DNA from: Planctomycetota bacterium
Lineage (GTDB): Bacteria; Planctomycetota; GCA-002687715; DRQF01
Direction of reading: 5' to 3'
DNA length: 33,018 bases
Assembly (NCBI GenBank): GCA_027001995.1
Contig: JALTLO010000115.1
Coordinates: 1-33,018, forward strand
Shown: positions 17,876 through 27,027 of the stretch, piece after piece
Numbering within the stretch: the first letter of the stretch is position 1
Layout of the letters: each line of letters begins with the position of its first letter
Position numbers and translations under genes: made by a program
Notes under the pieces: generated by a model
What the model was told of the DNA's origin: nothing
Database searches by the model: none
The model's input: only the letters and a program-made list of their open reading frames with translations

Positions 17876-20674
17876 ATGCAAAAAAGGACACACCTTTCCA
17901 CCTATATAGCCGTGTTCTTAGTCTGTTTGTTGGCGGACTTGGTGTTCCTCAGGCACGTCCTTTTTGACGATGATGTCCGAGCCCCTGCATCTGACATTGC
18001 CCGTGCCATGCCCTATGCTCGAGAGCTGGGCAAGAAACAGCCTCAGTCGAATCCCTACCTCTCAGACTGGTCCTACTCAATCCACTCCTGGCAACGATTG
18101 GTACGAGAATCCTACATGCAGGGTCACTTACCACTGTGGAATGACCGCGCTGGCTGTGGACAGCCACTTATCGGCAATTTGCAAGCTGAAGTATTCTCAC
18201 CCTATCAACCTCTCAACGTCATAGCTGGTGATCAATACATTGATTGGAAACAACTGGCCCAGCTTTTGGTCGCCCAGGTTTCATTTCTTATTCTCATCTG
18301 GACCTTAAGTCTCTCCCCATGGGCCGCCTTAGTGGGAGCCTTGGCTTTCTCCTTTGGCTCTTACATCCAAGGCTGGGCTGTTCACCCCGTGGCTGGCAGT
18401 GCTGCCTTCGCTCCTGCCATTTTGGCCGCCTTCTTGGCTCTTCGCCATCAATTCCGAGGCACCATTGTCTTTGGGGGCGGTATTGCCATCGCCCTGTCGA
18501 TCTGCTCTGGACACATCGAATCGACGTTCATGGCATGTCTTATGTCTTCTTTTCTTGCTTTCCTCTTGAGCGACGAGAAACCGCAAAAGGGATCCCAACT
18601 CAGAAGGGCCCTCTTTGTTCCTCAAGCCGTCCTCTTGGGATTCGTTGGCTTAGCTCTATCCGCCTGCCAAGTCCTGCCTTTCTTGGATTATCTCGACCAA
18701 TCGTTGGTCACGACGATTCGCGGAATGGCGCCCAAGAGAGTGATTCCCTCTCTGCAACTCTTCACTCTTCTTGATCCAAAAGCATTTGGATTCCCCGGAG
18801 CAAATGAGTCATTCTTCGGTGATGGCAACTATATGGAGTCAACGATTCATCTCGGGCGCGTTGTTCTACTACTTTCTTTATATGGGCTCATGAGGGGGTT
18901 GGGTCGGCAAAGAAAACTCATCATCCCCCTTGTTGTCACCATCACCTGCGGCCTTTTCTTAGCGTTTGCTCCTCCTCACTTTCATGAAAGAATGACGTTT
19001 TTCCCACTGAATGTTATGCCCCTCTTGCGTATGCATTTTTGGGCTTCCGTCCTGCTCCCACTGTTGGCAGCCTTCGGGATGGATTTTATCCTGAACGACC
19101 TGAAGACAAACAGAAGAAAAACTGTCACATCGAGTTTCTGGGCCTCATTTATCGTCATGCTCGGATATGTTGGCATGATCAATTTTGTGCCGCACTACGA
19201 ATTCGACTTCCTGTGGCCGACGCTCATGATTGCCTTTCCCCTTAGTATCTGGCTTTGTCATCGCGCCCAAAAAGGCAGCTATGTCCCATGTGCCGTCCTT
19301 CTTGTCGCCGCTATTTTACTGGAGTCCCAAACTCTCTGGGGGCCTTTCGTGCCCGTTGCATCAGCATCGGCACTTTCACCCCCCTCGCCATCGCTTTCTT
19401 TTGTTGAGAAGCAACCTGGACGCCTTCGACTCTTGCCATCGGTTTGGGACTTACCCCCAGAATTGGGCAACCTCCACGACCTCACCAGCCTCCGCACCTA
19501 TGACGGCATGGGTTTGATGCGTCTCAGCGCTCTCATGCTCCATCAACGGGCATTCTTAGGACCGCCCGTCCACGCCCCCATTTTTCGTGTGAACCCCGGA
19601 ACACTCGACATGTTGAGTGTCGGTTGGACCATGTCAAATTTCCCACCAGAAGAAATGCCCTTTCCGTTCATGGAAGAGTTCGGTGTGCCAGGAGCCACTC
19701 AGGAATTCCCCTATGTCTGCCGCCCAGGACAGCAATTAGAACTCATCGTCAGCCAGCCCGAGGGATTGCCCTTGGAGCCCGGGGCCATCAAACTCACCAT
19801 ACATGGGCCAAACTCCCCGGATCTCACTTGGAGTTTAGGAGATGCGCAGAAAGAAAATGAGCATGGTATCGTCCACCAAGAGATGGACTCACCCATCGCC
19901 AGCTATCGCAAGAAATTGCGGGGCTTCCAAGATTCACCTCATTTCTACTTCGCATTCTTACCTGCTCCTAGCACGATCGGCCGAACCGTCACGGGCACCC
20001 TCACCATCTCCCAATCAAGTCCCCGTCTTCTCATCCGAGTCATCACCCGTGATGGCCTAAATGCCCAAACCGTCTCAAACCAAAAGAACATTTTCATTGG
20101 CCGCAGAAGGTCGGCACTCCCTCGAGCATACCTCGCCGCTGCCACCACCTTTTGCGGCCTGGCCGAGGCCACCGAGACTCTCAAATCCGTAGATCAAAGA
20201 CATATAGCACAAGCCATTATCCAAACATCCCGCCCTGGGTTTAATCCCCATGAGACAACAATTCTTGAATCTAAAGCAAGAGATGATTTTTCTATATCAC
20301 CTGGAAAGAGGAATCCCCGAGCAATGCCGCTACGGAAATTGGCTTCTGGGCAATTCGAAATCGAGGTCGACAGTGAAGAAAACAGCGTTCTAGTTTTCTC
20401 AGAGTGTTTTGCGCGAGGCTGGACCGCTTACATTGACGGAGTGCCCACGGATATCTTGGCCGCGAACGTCTGTTCGATGGCCGTCGCCCTACCACCTGGA
20501 GAGCACAAGGTCGAATTCTATTTTTGGCCCAGTTCTCTGACCTGGGGCTTCTGCATATCGCTGGGAATGTTCTCAATCATGATCATCGTTGTCATACGTT
20601 CAGCCCGCCGTCAACGAATCCCCCAGCTGGTCCGATCTGAGTCAAATATGTCTGGTAACCCTAAGCACCCATAG
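17876..20674 (+). CDS. YfhO-family multi-pass membrane protein (predicted GT-C glycosyltransferase)
   Basis: GHLPLWNDRAGCGQPLIGNLQ, many TM segments, and C-terminal VLVFSECFARGWTAYIDG...ANVCSMAVALPPGEHKVEFYFWP followed by a terminal TM helix. Confidence 0.88.
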   Translation: MQKRTHLSTYIAVFLVCLLADLVFLRHVLFDDDVRAPASDIARAMPYARELGKKQPQSNPYLSDWSYSIHSWQRLVRESYMQGHLPLWNDRAGCGQPLIGNLQAEVFSPYQPLNVIAGDQYIDWKQLAQLLVAQVSFLILIWTLSLSPWAALVGALAFSFGSYIQGWAVHPVAGSAAFAPAILAAFLALRHQFRGTIVFGGGIAIALSICSGHIESTFMACLMSSFLAFLLSDEKPQKGSQLRRALFVPQAVLLGFVGLALSACQVLPFLDYLDQSLVTTIRGMAPKRVIPSLQLFTLLDPKAFGFPGANESFFGDGNYMESTIHLGRVVLLLSLYGLMRGLGRQRKLIIPLVVTITCGLFLAFAPPHFHERMTFFPLNVMPLLRMHFWASVLLPLLAAFGMDFILNDLKTNRRKTVTSSFWASFIVMLGYVGMINFVPHYEFDFLWPTLMIAFPLSIWLCHRAQKGSYVPCAVLLVAAILLESQTLWGPFVPVASASALSPPSPSLSFVEKQPGRLRLLPSVWDLPPELGNLHDLTSLRTYDGMGLMRLSALMLHQRAFLGPPVHAPIFRVNPGTLDMLSVGWTMSNFPPEEMPFPFMEEFGVPGATQEFPYVCRPGQQLELIVSQPEGLPLEPGAIKLTIHGPNSPDLTWSLGDAQKENEHGIVHQEMDSPIASYRKKLRGFQDSPHFYFAFLPAPSTIGRTVTGTLTISQSSPRLLIRVITRDGLNAQTVSNQKNIFIGRRRSALPRAYLAAATTFCGLAEATETLKSVDQRHIAQAIIQTSRPGFNPHETTILESKARDDFSISPGKRNPRAMPLRKLASGQFEIEVDSEENSVLVFSECFARGWTAYIDGVPTDILAANVCSMAVALPPGEHKVEFYFWPSSLTWGFCISLGMFSIMIIVVIRSARRQRIPQLVRSESNMSGNPKHP

Positions 20675-20724
20675 GGTATCCTCTTCCCCAGTTGTCGTTG
20701 CTTTCTTAGGAATTACTGTCGCCC

Positions 20725-21960
20725 ATGCGTATCGCCTTCTTCTGCACTCGATTTCCCTGTATCTCTGAGACCTTTGTCTTGAGTCAATTGGCAGGTCTCT
20801 TGGACAAAGGGTTCGAAATCGACATCCATGCAATCCATCCAGGAGATGATGACGTATTGCATCCCACGTTCGAAGAATATGGATTACAGAAGCACACCTC
20901 TTACCGGGGAAGAACCGGCAGTATCTTCGGGCGCCTAATCATCACCATCGCCTTAATCATCCGCTTCGGTTGGGAGTCATTCTCGTCATTGAACGCACTT
21001 CGCAAATTGGTCAAGGATGTGCCCGAGGTCAGCTTTGCTGCGGCCCTATTCACTCTCAGGGGATTGCGATCACGTCCCCAAGCGGATCTCATTTACGCTC
21101 ATTTTGGTCCCAATGGTCAAATCGCTGCGACCCTCAAAGCGGCCAAGTTCATTGACATTCCCGTCGTCACCGTGTTTCACGGTTTTGATGTGACAGTTAT
21201 CAACAAGAAATGGGGCCCGTCCTATTATCAAACGCTCTTCAAACACGGAGCGCTCATGCTCCCCGTGAGTGAGGAGTTTAAGAAACGCCTTATTGATTTC
21301 GGCTGTTCACCGGAGAAGATCAGGGTGCACCATATGGGTGTGGATATCCGCGCCCTCAAGTATGTGGAACGCTCCCAACCAGCCCCCAAAGAAGCAATCC
21401 GTGTCCTCACCATTGCGCGCTTGGTCGAAAAGAAAGGGGTCACCTATGGCATTCAAGCTGTGAACACGGTGGCCCGGGACCACGGCATAGCCATCGAATT
21501 CAACATTGTTGGCGATGGTGATATGCGAACGCAATTGGAGGCTGAAATCGTTTCATTGGGCTGTGGCGACATCGTGCATATGGTCGGCTGGAAAAACTCC
21601 GATGACGTTCAAAAATTTATTGAAGAAGCCCACATCTACATGGCTCCAAGTATCACCGCGGAAAATGGTGACGAAGAAGGTATTCCCGTGGTGCTCATGG
21701 AGGCCGCGGCCAGTGGCTTACCCCTTTTGTCTACCCACCATAGCGGGATTCCTGAGCTCGTTCGCCAAGACGAAACCGGCCTGCTGGCAGAAGAACGAGA
21801 TGCTCAAGGCCTTGGGAAGGCCCTTTTGCGTCTTTGCCAGGATGCTCCCCTGCGCAAGAAACTCGCCCATGGTGGTCGGGCCTTAGTCGAAAAAGAATTT
21901 GAGATAGAATCACTCAACGAGAAACTAGCGGCAACCTTGAAAGAGCAGGCTCAATCGTGA
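20725..21960 (+). CDS. GT4 glycosyltransferase, WcaL-like
   Basis: FPCISETFVLSQ, YAHFGPNG, FHGFD, ARLVEKKG, EEGIPVVLMEAAASGLP, HSGIPEL. Confidence 0.92.
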   Translation: MRIAFFCTRFPCISETFVLSQLAGLLDKGFEIDIHAIHPGDDDVLHPTFEEYGLQKHTSYRGRTGSIFGRLIITIALIIRFGWESFSSLNALRKLVKDVPEVSFAAALFTLRGLRSRPQADLIYAHFGPNGQIAATLKAAKFIDIPVVTVFHGFDVTVINKKWGPSYYQTLFKHGALMLPVSEEFKKRLIDFGCSPEKIRVHHMGVDIRALKYVERSQPAPKEAIRVLTIARLVEKKGVTYGIQAVNTVARDHGIAIEFNIVGDGDMRTQLEAEIVSLGCGDIVHMVGWKNSDDVQKFIEEAHIYMAPSITAENGDEEGIPVVLMEAAASGLPLLSTHHSGIPELVRQDETGLLAEERDAQGLGKALLRLCQDAPLRKKLAHGGRALVEKEFEIESLNEKLAATLKEQAQS

Positions 21961-22880
21961 AAGTCACAGTGACCGTTTGCGCCCTCACCTACAAACGCCC
22001 AGAAGGATTGAGGCGCCTCTTGGATGGCTTTCTCAAACTGGAGAAAGATGACGATTGGAACACCCTCCGCTTCGTCATTGTTGACAACGATGCTCAAGAA
22101 TCTGGTAAAGATCTCTGCCTTGAATTCCAGCAAGAAGAGAAATTGGGGGCCGCTCTACGCTACGTTTCTCAACCCGTGCAAGGTATCGCAAGATCAAGAA
22201 ATGCCGCGGTGGATGCCGCAGCGGATGGAGACTGGACGGCGTTTATTGACGACGACGAATGTCCAGATCCAGATTGGTTGCTAAGACTTTATTGCAGTGC
22301 TCTTAAGCACAAGGCCGATGTGGTCGGCGGGCCTGTGCGCCTCATTATCGAAGGAACACCGGCCCCGTGGTTGGCCGATGGTGGATTCTTCGAGAGGCGT
22401 AAGTATGAAGACGGAACAAATTTGGGTCACGTGTTCACCAACAACGTCCTCTTTCGCAGTGGTCTGCCCAAAGAGTTCAACATACGCTTTGACGAGCGGC
22501 CAGCCTTCGCCTCCCTCTGCGTCGGGGAAGATCGCCTTTTCTTCCAAGCTTTGGCAAAAGCCGGGGCCAAGACTGTTTACTGCGATGATGCTTTCGTCAC
22601 CGAGTGGATTCCAGAAGCCCGGGCCAACGAAGTTTGGTTGGTCAATCGAATGCACAAGATTGGTGTGGCCACAACCGCAGTGGAACTGAGTGTCCATCCT
22701 GGATTCCGCACAAAGATCATTCTCTTGGCAAAAGCCCTTGTTTGGATAATGATGGGAGCTCTTCGTTTCTTGGCCCTCGGGTTCTTGAACCCTCTCAAGC
22801 GCACCCAAGCACGGCGAAATATGGCTTATGGCCGGGGCCTAATCGTGGGGATGATGAATTATTCGGGCTCAGGTCAGTGA
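21957..22880 (+). CDS. GT2 glycosyltransferase, ExoM-like
   Basis: LTYKRPEGLRRLL, IVDND, GIARSRN, AFIDDDECPDPDWL, GEDRLFF. GTGA overlap with the GT4 gene. Confidence 0.88.
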   Translation: MKVTVTVCALTYKRPEGLRRLLDGFLKLEKDDDWNTLRFVIVDNDAQESGKDLCLEFQQEEKLGAALRYVSQPVQGIARSRNAAVDAAADGDWTAFIDDDECPDPDWLLRLYCSALKHKADVVGGPVRLIIEGTPAPWLADGGFFERRKYEDGTNLGHVFTNNVLFRSGLPKEFNIRFDERPAFASLCVGEDRLFFQALAKAGAKTVYCDDAFVTEWIPEARANEVWLVNRMHKIGVATTAVELSVHPGFRTKIILLAKALVWIMMGALRFLALGFLNPLKRTQARRNMAYGRGLIVGMMNYSGSGQ

Positions 22881-23596
22881 AGAATCCGACCCAGGAAATA
22901 GTCAGCCACAATCTTGACCGCATTGATAGCTTTTTGGCCTTTGGCCAAACTGTGTTCAGTATAGCGAATTTGGACTGGGATTTCTTTCATGCGAAGATTG
23001 AGACGCCTGACAAAACTGATAAATTCGCTGGCGTGAGCCATTCCATCCATGGTAATTGTCATCCGCTTGGCAGATGCTCGTGACAAGCAACGCAATCCGT
23101 TGTGGGCGTCTGAGACTTTCACCCGATGAACGATGCGACTAAACAAGATACCTGCTTTCAATACGTAACGTTTTGAAGTTGGCATATTGATGGTTTCACC
23201 CAAAAAACGAGACCCGTAGCAAACATCGGCTTCCCCGGATTCGATTGGCTGAACCAGTTTTTCTACATCTTCAATGCGATGCTGACCATCAGCATCAAAG
23301 GTCACGATATACTCAGCTCCTTGCTGAATGGCGTAGGTGATGCCAGTTTGCAAGGAGGCCCCTTGCCCCCGATTGATGATGTGTCGAAGGACATGAGGGG
23401 CGTTCTTCTGAGCCTGCTCATAGGTGTCATCAGAAGAGCCATCATCCACCACAACGACATTGGGATAGATGGGAACGACTTTGCGCACGACCTCATCGAT
23501 CACCGCTCCCTCATGGTAAGCAGCGATACAAATGTAGACCTTCTCGCGCAGTTCGCGCGGTAGACTCGAAATGGAATCAACCACAGTTTGGCTCAT
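22874..23596 (-). CDS. GT2 glycosyltransferase, polyprenol-phosphate mannose synthase (DPM1)-like
   Basis: VVVVDDGSSDDT, HIINRGQGASLQTG, VTFDADGQH, GSRFLG, SDAHNGLR, MAHASE. Start uncertain (ATG 23596, or up to 23629). Confidence 0.88.
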   Translation of the reverse strand: MSQTVVDSISSLPRELREKVYICIAAYHEGAVIDEVVRKVVPIYPNVVVVDDGSSDDTYEQAQKNAPHVLRHIINRGQGASLQTGITYAIQQGAEYIVTFDADGQHRIEDVEKLVQPIESGEADVCYGSRFLGETINMPTSKRYVLKAGILFSRIVHRVKVSDAHNGLRCLSRASAKRMTITMDGMAHASEFISFVRRLNLRMKEIPVQIRYTEHSLAKGQKAINAVKIVADYFLGRILH

Positions 23597-23902
23597 TAGT
23601 TTCAATTTATTGGAACGGCAAAACATCAAAGACGTTCGTCATCCTGCCAACATGATAGTCGGAATCAAAGAACTCTTCATTTCCCCTCGAACATCGAGCC
23701 CTATCCCCCCTGACCCAGCCCGGGTATTCACCCAGAAAGGAGAGTTGTACGGTGCCTGGAGGTGGCCAAAGTAGTTTTTTCCTCTCGCACCGGCCCCATG
23801 GCGGCGGGTCCAATGACGCACATTCTGCGGAACTCTTGGGTGGCGATTTGGGAATTTTCCCCAAATCACCCCCAAAATCCCCCAAGATGCCAAGAAAACC
23901 AA

Positions 23903-23918
23903 CGGTACAGCGATTGCT
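23903..23918 (+). promoter_or_regulatory. Candidate sigma-54 (-24/-12) promoter of the CBS gene
   Basis: CGGTAC-AGCGA-TTGCT has exact GG-N10-GC spacing against consensus TGGCAC-N5-TTGCW. The predicted start falls near the GGAGGT SD. Confidence 0.45.
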
Positions 23919-23942
23919 GGAGTCTCTTGGAGGTAAAAAATC

Positions 23943-24386
23943 ATGAAAGTCCGCGAATTAGTCGATTGTACTGGGTTGGTCACAACGAAGGCCAACAAGT
24001 CACTGGGTGACGCTTGTGATTTGATGAAAAATCACAATATTTCCGGGATTCCCGTGCTCTGCTCTCAAGGGAGCCTGAAAGGCCTCATTTCGATTGGACA
24101 AGTACTCCATTTTGCACATGATGGGGCCGAAGAGCGCAAGCTGGTTGATCCTGACTGGCATTCTCCCGTCCGAGCCCAGCCCGCGCGGGGAGTCTGGCGC
24201 ACAATGTCGGTTGAAAATGCCATGGTAAAAGATGTGGTGACTGTGGCTGCAGATGACGAAATAAAGTCAGCAGCCCAAAAACTTCTCAATGAGGGGGTTC
24301 ATCGAGCCGTCGTAATTGATCAGAATGGCAAACCGATTGGCATGTTGACGACCTTTGATTTTACTCGGTACGTGGCTTCGAGTTAG
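23943..24386 (+). CDS. CBS domain pair protein
   Basis: LMKNHNISGIPV...LKGLIS and VENAMVKDVVTV...VHRAVVID..GKPIGMLTTFD. Strong GGAGGT SD. Confidence 0.9.
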   Translation: MKVRELVDCTGLVTTKANKSLGDACDLMKNHNISGIPVLCSQGSLKGLISIGQVLHFAHDGAEERKLVDPDWHSPVRAQPARGVWRTMSVENAMVKDVVTVAADDEIKSAAQKLLNEGVHRAVVIDQNGKPIGMLTTFDFTRYVASS

Positions 24387-24425
24387 AAAGAGCCTCGAAC
24401 CAAAGAAGCAGAAAGAAACGAGTTC

Positions 24426-24632
24426 ATGATTTTTGCAATTTGCGGTTTCATCGGAATGGCGGTTGGTTCCATGCTTGGCTACTTCATTGGAGGTATGGGG
24501 ACCGGCGTGGGCCAAATCATGTTGACTATCCACTTGACCATCACATTCGGCTTCGTTGGCATTTGGTTGGGCATCATCTTCAATAAGAAGGCCATGCACC
24601 ACGACGACCGTAGCGGAACACTCGAAGGTTAG
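24426..24632 (+). CDS. Small two-TM membrane protein (68 aa)
   Basis: Two Gly-rich hydrophobic segments. Co-oriented 39 nt after the CBS gene and followed by a hairpin. Confidence 0.6.
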   Translation: MIFAICGFIGMAVGSMLGYFIGGMGTGVGQIMLTIHLTITFGFVGIWLGIIFNKKAMHHDDRSGTLEG

Positions 24633-24659
24633 TTCGCTTCCTATCATCACAAGACTTAA

Positions 24660-24689
24660 GAGCCCGGACAGGTCCACTGCTCCGGGCTC
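24660..24689. terminator. Hairpin between convergent genes (no U-tract)
   Basis: GAGCCCGGA / TCCGGGCTC stem with inner CAG/CTG pairing. Confidence 0.5.
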
Positions 24690-24741
24690 GTCTATTGTCA
24701 GAGCCAAGATAGTCCCCCAAAGTTTTAGCAAGTGACTGAGG

Positions 24742-25986
24742 TTACTTTTTTGCCGACCGAACCTCTTGCAGGACCACCGCCAAGCGATCTCCTGTTCGTC
24801 TCGCCTCTGTCAGTGCCAGCCTTCGATCCAGTCGGATTGTCAAAGATGTTCGCATACCAGGCCCTATCACTCTGACTTTTTCTCCCAGCCTAAAACGGTC
24901 GTCCCGCAGAAACACAGTCACCCCTTCCACCGCCTTCCCTTTCACAATGATTTGTGTCGCAGTTTTCTTGGCCAGAATCTTCCAAGAGCAGAAGGCCACC
25001 TTCTTGTTCATCACTCTGAGAACCTGACGACGTTGGGCATCCGGACTGGCGCTGGCGGAGACGGGTATCCTCTTGGAGACGCGCACTTTCTTCTTGTTCA
25101 CCTTGTCAACCCGAATAAAGCGGGTGGCGACATTCACCCGGTCAACAAAGAATTTCCCAGATTGTGGCAAGGAAAGCACCTTGGTCTCCAAGACTACTTT
25201 CTTCCCACGGTCCATTCCCTTCAGTGGCAATGAGTGTCCTTTGGATTCGTCCAAATGAAGTTCATAGTTGAGCTTGTGCTTCTTCGTCAGAAACGCCACC
25301 TCACGGAGATTCCAGATGAGTTCCTTATCATCCTTCAATCCACAACAAGCGAGAACACGAATTGACCTTAAGTTGGGGAGCAAACGGAAATGAACACGGC
25401 GAGGCCCTCCACCCAATGAAATGATGCCTCGTACTTGACCAGGTCTGTGCAAGGCCGTGTCATAGCTTGCATGTGCAGCCCAGGAGAACCCGGTCAACCA
25501 CAAGCGCTGGGGATCTCCGTTGGCGAAATGAGCGGCGTAGTTCAAGATTTTGAGAAACCCATCCCGCCCTTGGTCGGTGAATTCTGGAGGTGTAAAGCCA
25601 GCGACAAAAACAGTGATGACACCTTTTAATTCCAACCAAGGAAAATTGTGCCCTCCGGAAATATCAAGTACAACAGGAATCGCCTGCTTGCTTCTATCGT
25701 GGCCGAATGGAACTTGAATCGTTGCTTGCAAAAGCTGATTGCCATAGGGGATCAAGACGTTTTGTTTCTCCTTCAGCGGCACCGTTTCGGCTTTGATGGC
25801 CTTCAAGAGTTCTGCTTCCTTGCCCTCCGTTTGGCTCAGGATCTTGAGCAAGAGTTCCTCTGCCGCTTCCTCCCTCTCCGCGGCGAAATAAGCGTCTACG
25901 GTTTCTTGAACTTGTCCCGGGAGAGGCCAAGAAAAAAAGATCAAGAAGAAGGAGGCGAATAAAACGATTCTGTTCGTTGGACTCAA
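24742..25986 (-). CDS. Exported alpha/beta-hydrolase-fold protein with a basic C-terminal region
   Basis: Signal peptide, DPQRLWLTGFSWAA nucleophile elbow, CCGLKDD (candidate Asp) and KGH (candidate His). TTG start. Confidence 0.7.
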   Translation of the reverse strand: MSPTNRIVLFASFFLIFFSWPLPGQVQETVDAYFAAEREEAAEELLLKILSQTEGKEAELLKAIKAETVPLKEKQNVLIPYGNQLLQATIQVPFGHDRSKQAIPVVLDISGGHNFPWLELKGVITVFVAGFTPPEFTDQGRDGFLKILNYAAHFANGDPQRLWLTGFSWAAHASYDTALHRPGQVRGIISLGGGPRRVHFRLLPNLRSIRVLACCGLKDDKELIWNLREVAFLTKKHKLNYELHLDESKGHSLPLKGMDRGKKVVLETKVLSLPQSGKFFVDRVNVATRFIRVDKVNKKKVRVSKRIPVSASASPDAQRRQVLRVMNKKVAFCSWKILAKKTATQIIVKGKAVEGVTVFLRDDRFRLGEKVRVIGPGMRTSLTIRLDRRLALTEARRTGDRLAVVLQEVRSAKK

Positions 25987-26118
25987 AATGACAATTCCTC
26001 TATGTAAGGCCTTAGGGACCAGATCGCAAGAGCAAGACCGCCTTTGCCACCATGACGACGATTCCCTCTGGGGATTGCCTCAAGAAATCACTGATGTAGG
26101 ACCCGAAAAAAGATGCTC

Positions 26119-27027
26119 TTACTCTTGCTCAACGACGATGGTGCCCTGAGTCTTTGTCAGCTCTCGAAATGCTTGGGAAATCCTATTGGCCACCACCCAA
26201 GACCCTGAAGAACCAATTGTCCTGCCATCGAGTTCATCCACAGGCACAATCTCCCCCATTGTCCCCGTGCAAAATAACTCATCTGCACGGTAGACTTCAG
26301 AAACTGTGATGTCGCGCACTTCCAAAGGAATACCCAACTCATGAGCCAAGCCGATGACAGTCTTGCGGGTCACACCTTCAGGGCAAGATCCACAGGAGGA
26401 CGTCACCAATGTGCCATCGATGACCAAGAACACATGGGTGGCGTTTGTCTCAGCCACGAAACCCCTCGTATCCAGCATAAGGGCATCGTCCACACCAGCA
26501 GCATTCGCTTGAATCTTCGCCAAGATTGAGTTGATCAGATTCGCCGAGTGGATTTTTTGATCAACACAATCCGGGGGAATTCGGCGAATGCCAGAGGTGA
26601 TCAGACGAATCCCTCCCTTGTCATAAACAGGCGGTTTGTGTTCTGCCAGCACAATAAGGGTCGAACCAGACTGATTGAGGCGGGGATCCATGCCGCTGGT
26701 GATCTTGACACCTCGAGTCAAGGTGAGGCGAATATGAACACCATCCCACATTTTGTTGGCATCCAAAGTCTGGCGAATCGCGTCGATCAAAAAGCCATCA
26801 TCTGGGATATCGGTAAACGCCATGGCCTTAGCTGAGTGGCGCAAACGCTTAAGGTGTTCCTCTAGCTTGAAGATACGGCCTTCGTAGAGACGCAACCCCT
26901 CCCACACCGCATCGCCACCTTGAACCACAGAATCAAATGGGCTCACTCCCATTTGGTCACGATGCCCCAGCCTACCGGCAATGTAGACCACTAAATCTCG
27001 ATTCTTCTCGATAAAAGTCTGCAGCAT
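26119..27027 (-). CDS. Class IV PLP-dependent aminotransferase (IlvE/D-amino acid aminotransferase-like)
   Basis: GGDAVWEGLR, HLKRL, QKIHSANLIN (PLP Lys), ETNATHVF, GVTR, ADELFCTGTMGE. ATG 27027 overlaps the upstream TAA (TAATG); an alternative ATG is at 27033. Confidence 0.92.
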   Translation of the reverse strand: MLQTFIEKNRDLVVYIAGRLGHRDQMGVSPFDSVVQGGDAVWEGLRLYEGRIFKLEEHLKRLRHSAKAMAFTDIPDDGFLIDAIRQTLDANKMWDGVHIRLTLTRGVKITSGMDPRLNQSGSTLIVLAEHKPPVYDKGGIRLITSGIRRIPPDCVDQKIHSANLINSILAKIQANAAGVDDALMLDTRGFVAETNATHVFLVIDGTLVTSSCGSCPEGVTRKTVIGLAHELGIPLEVRDITVSEVYRADELFCTGTMGEIVPVDELDGRTIGSSGSWVVANRISQAFRELTKTQGTIVVEQE

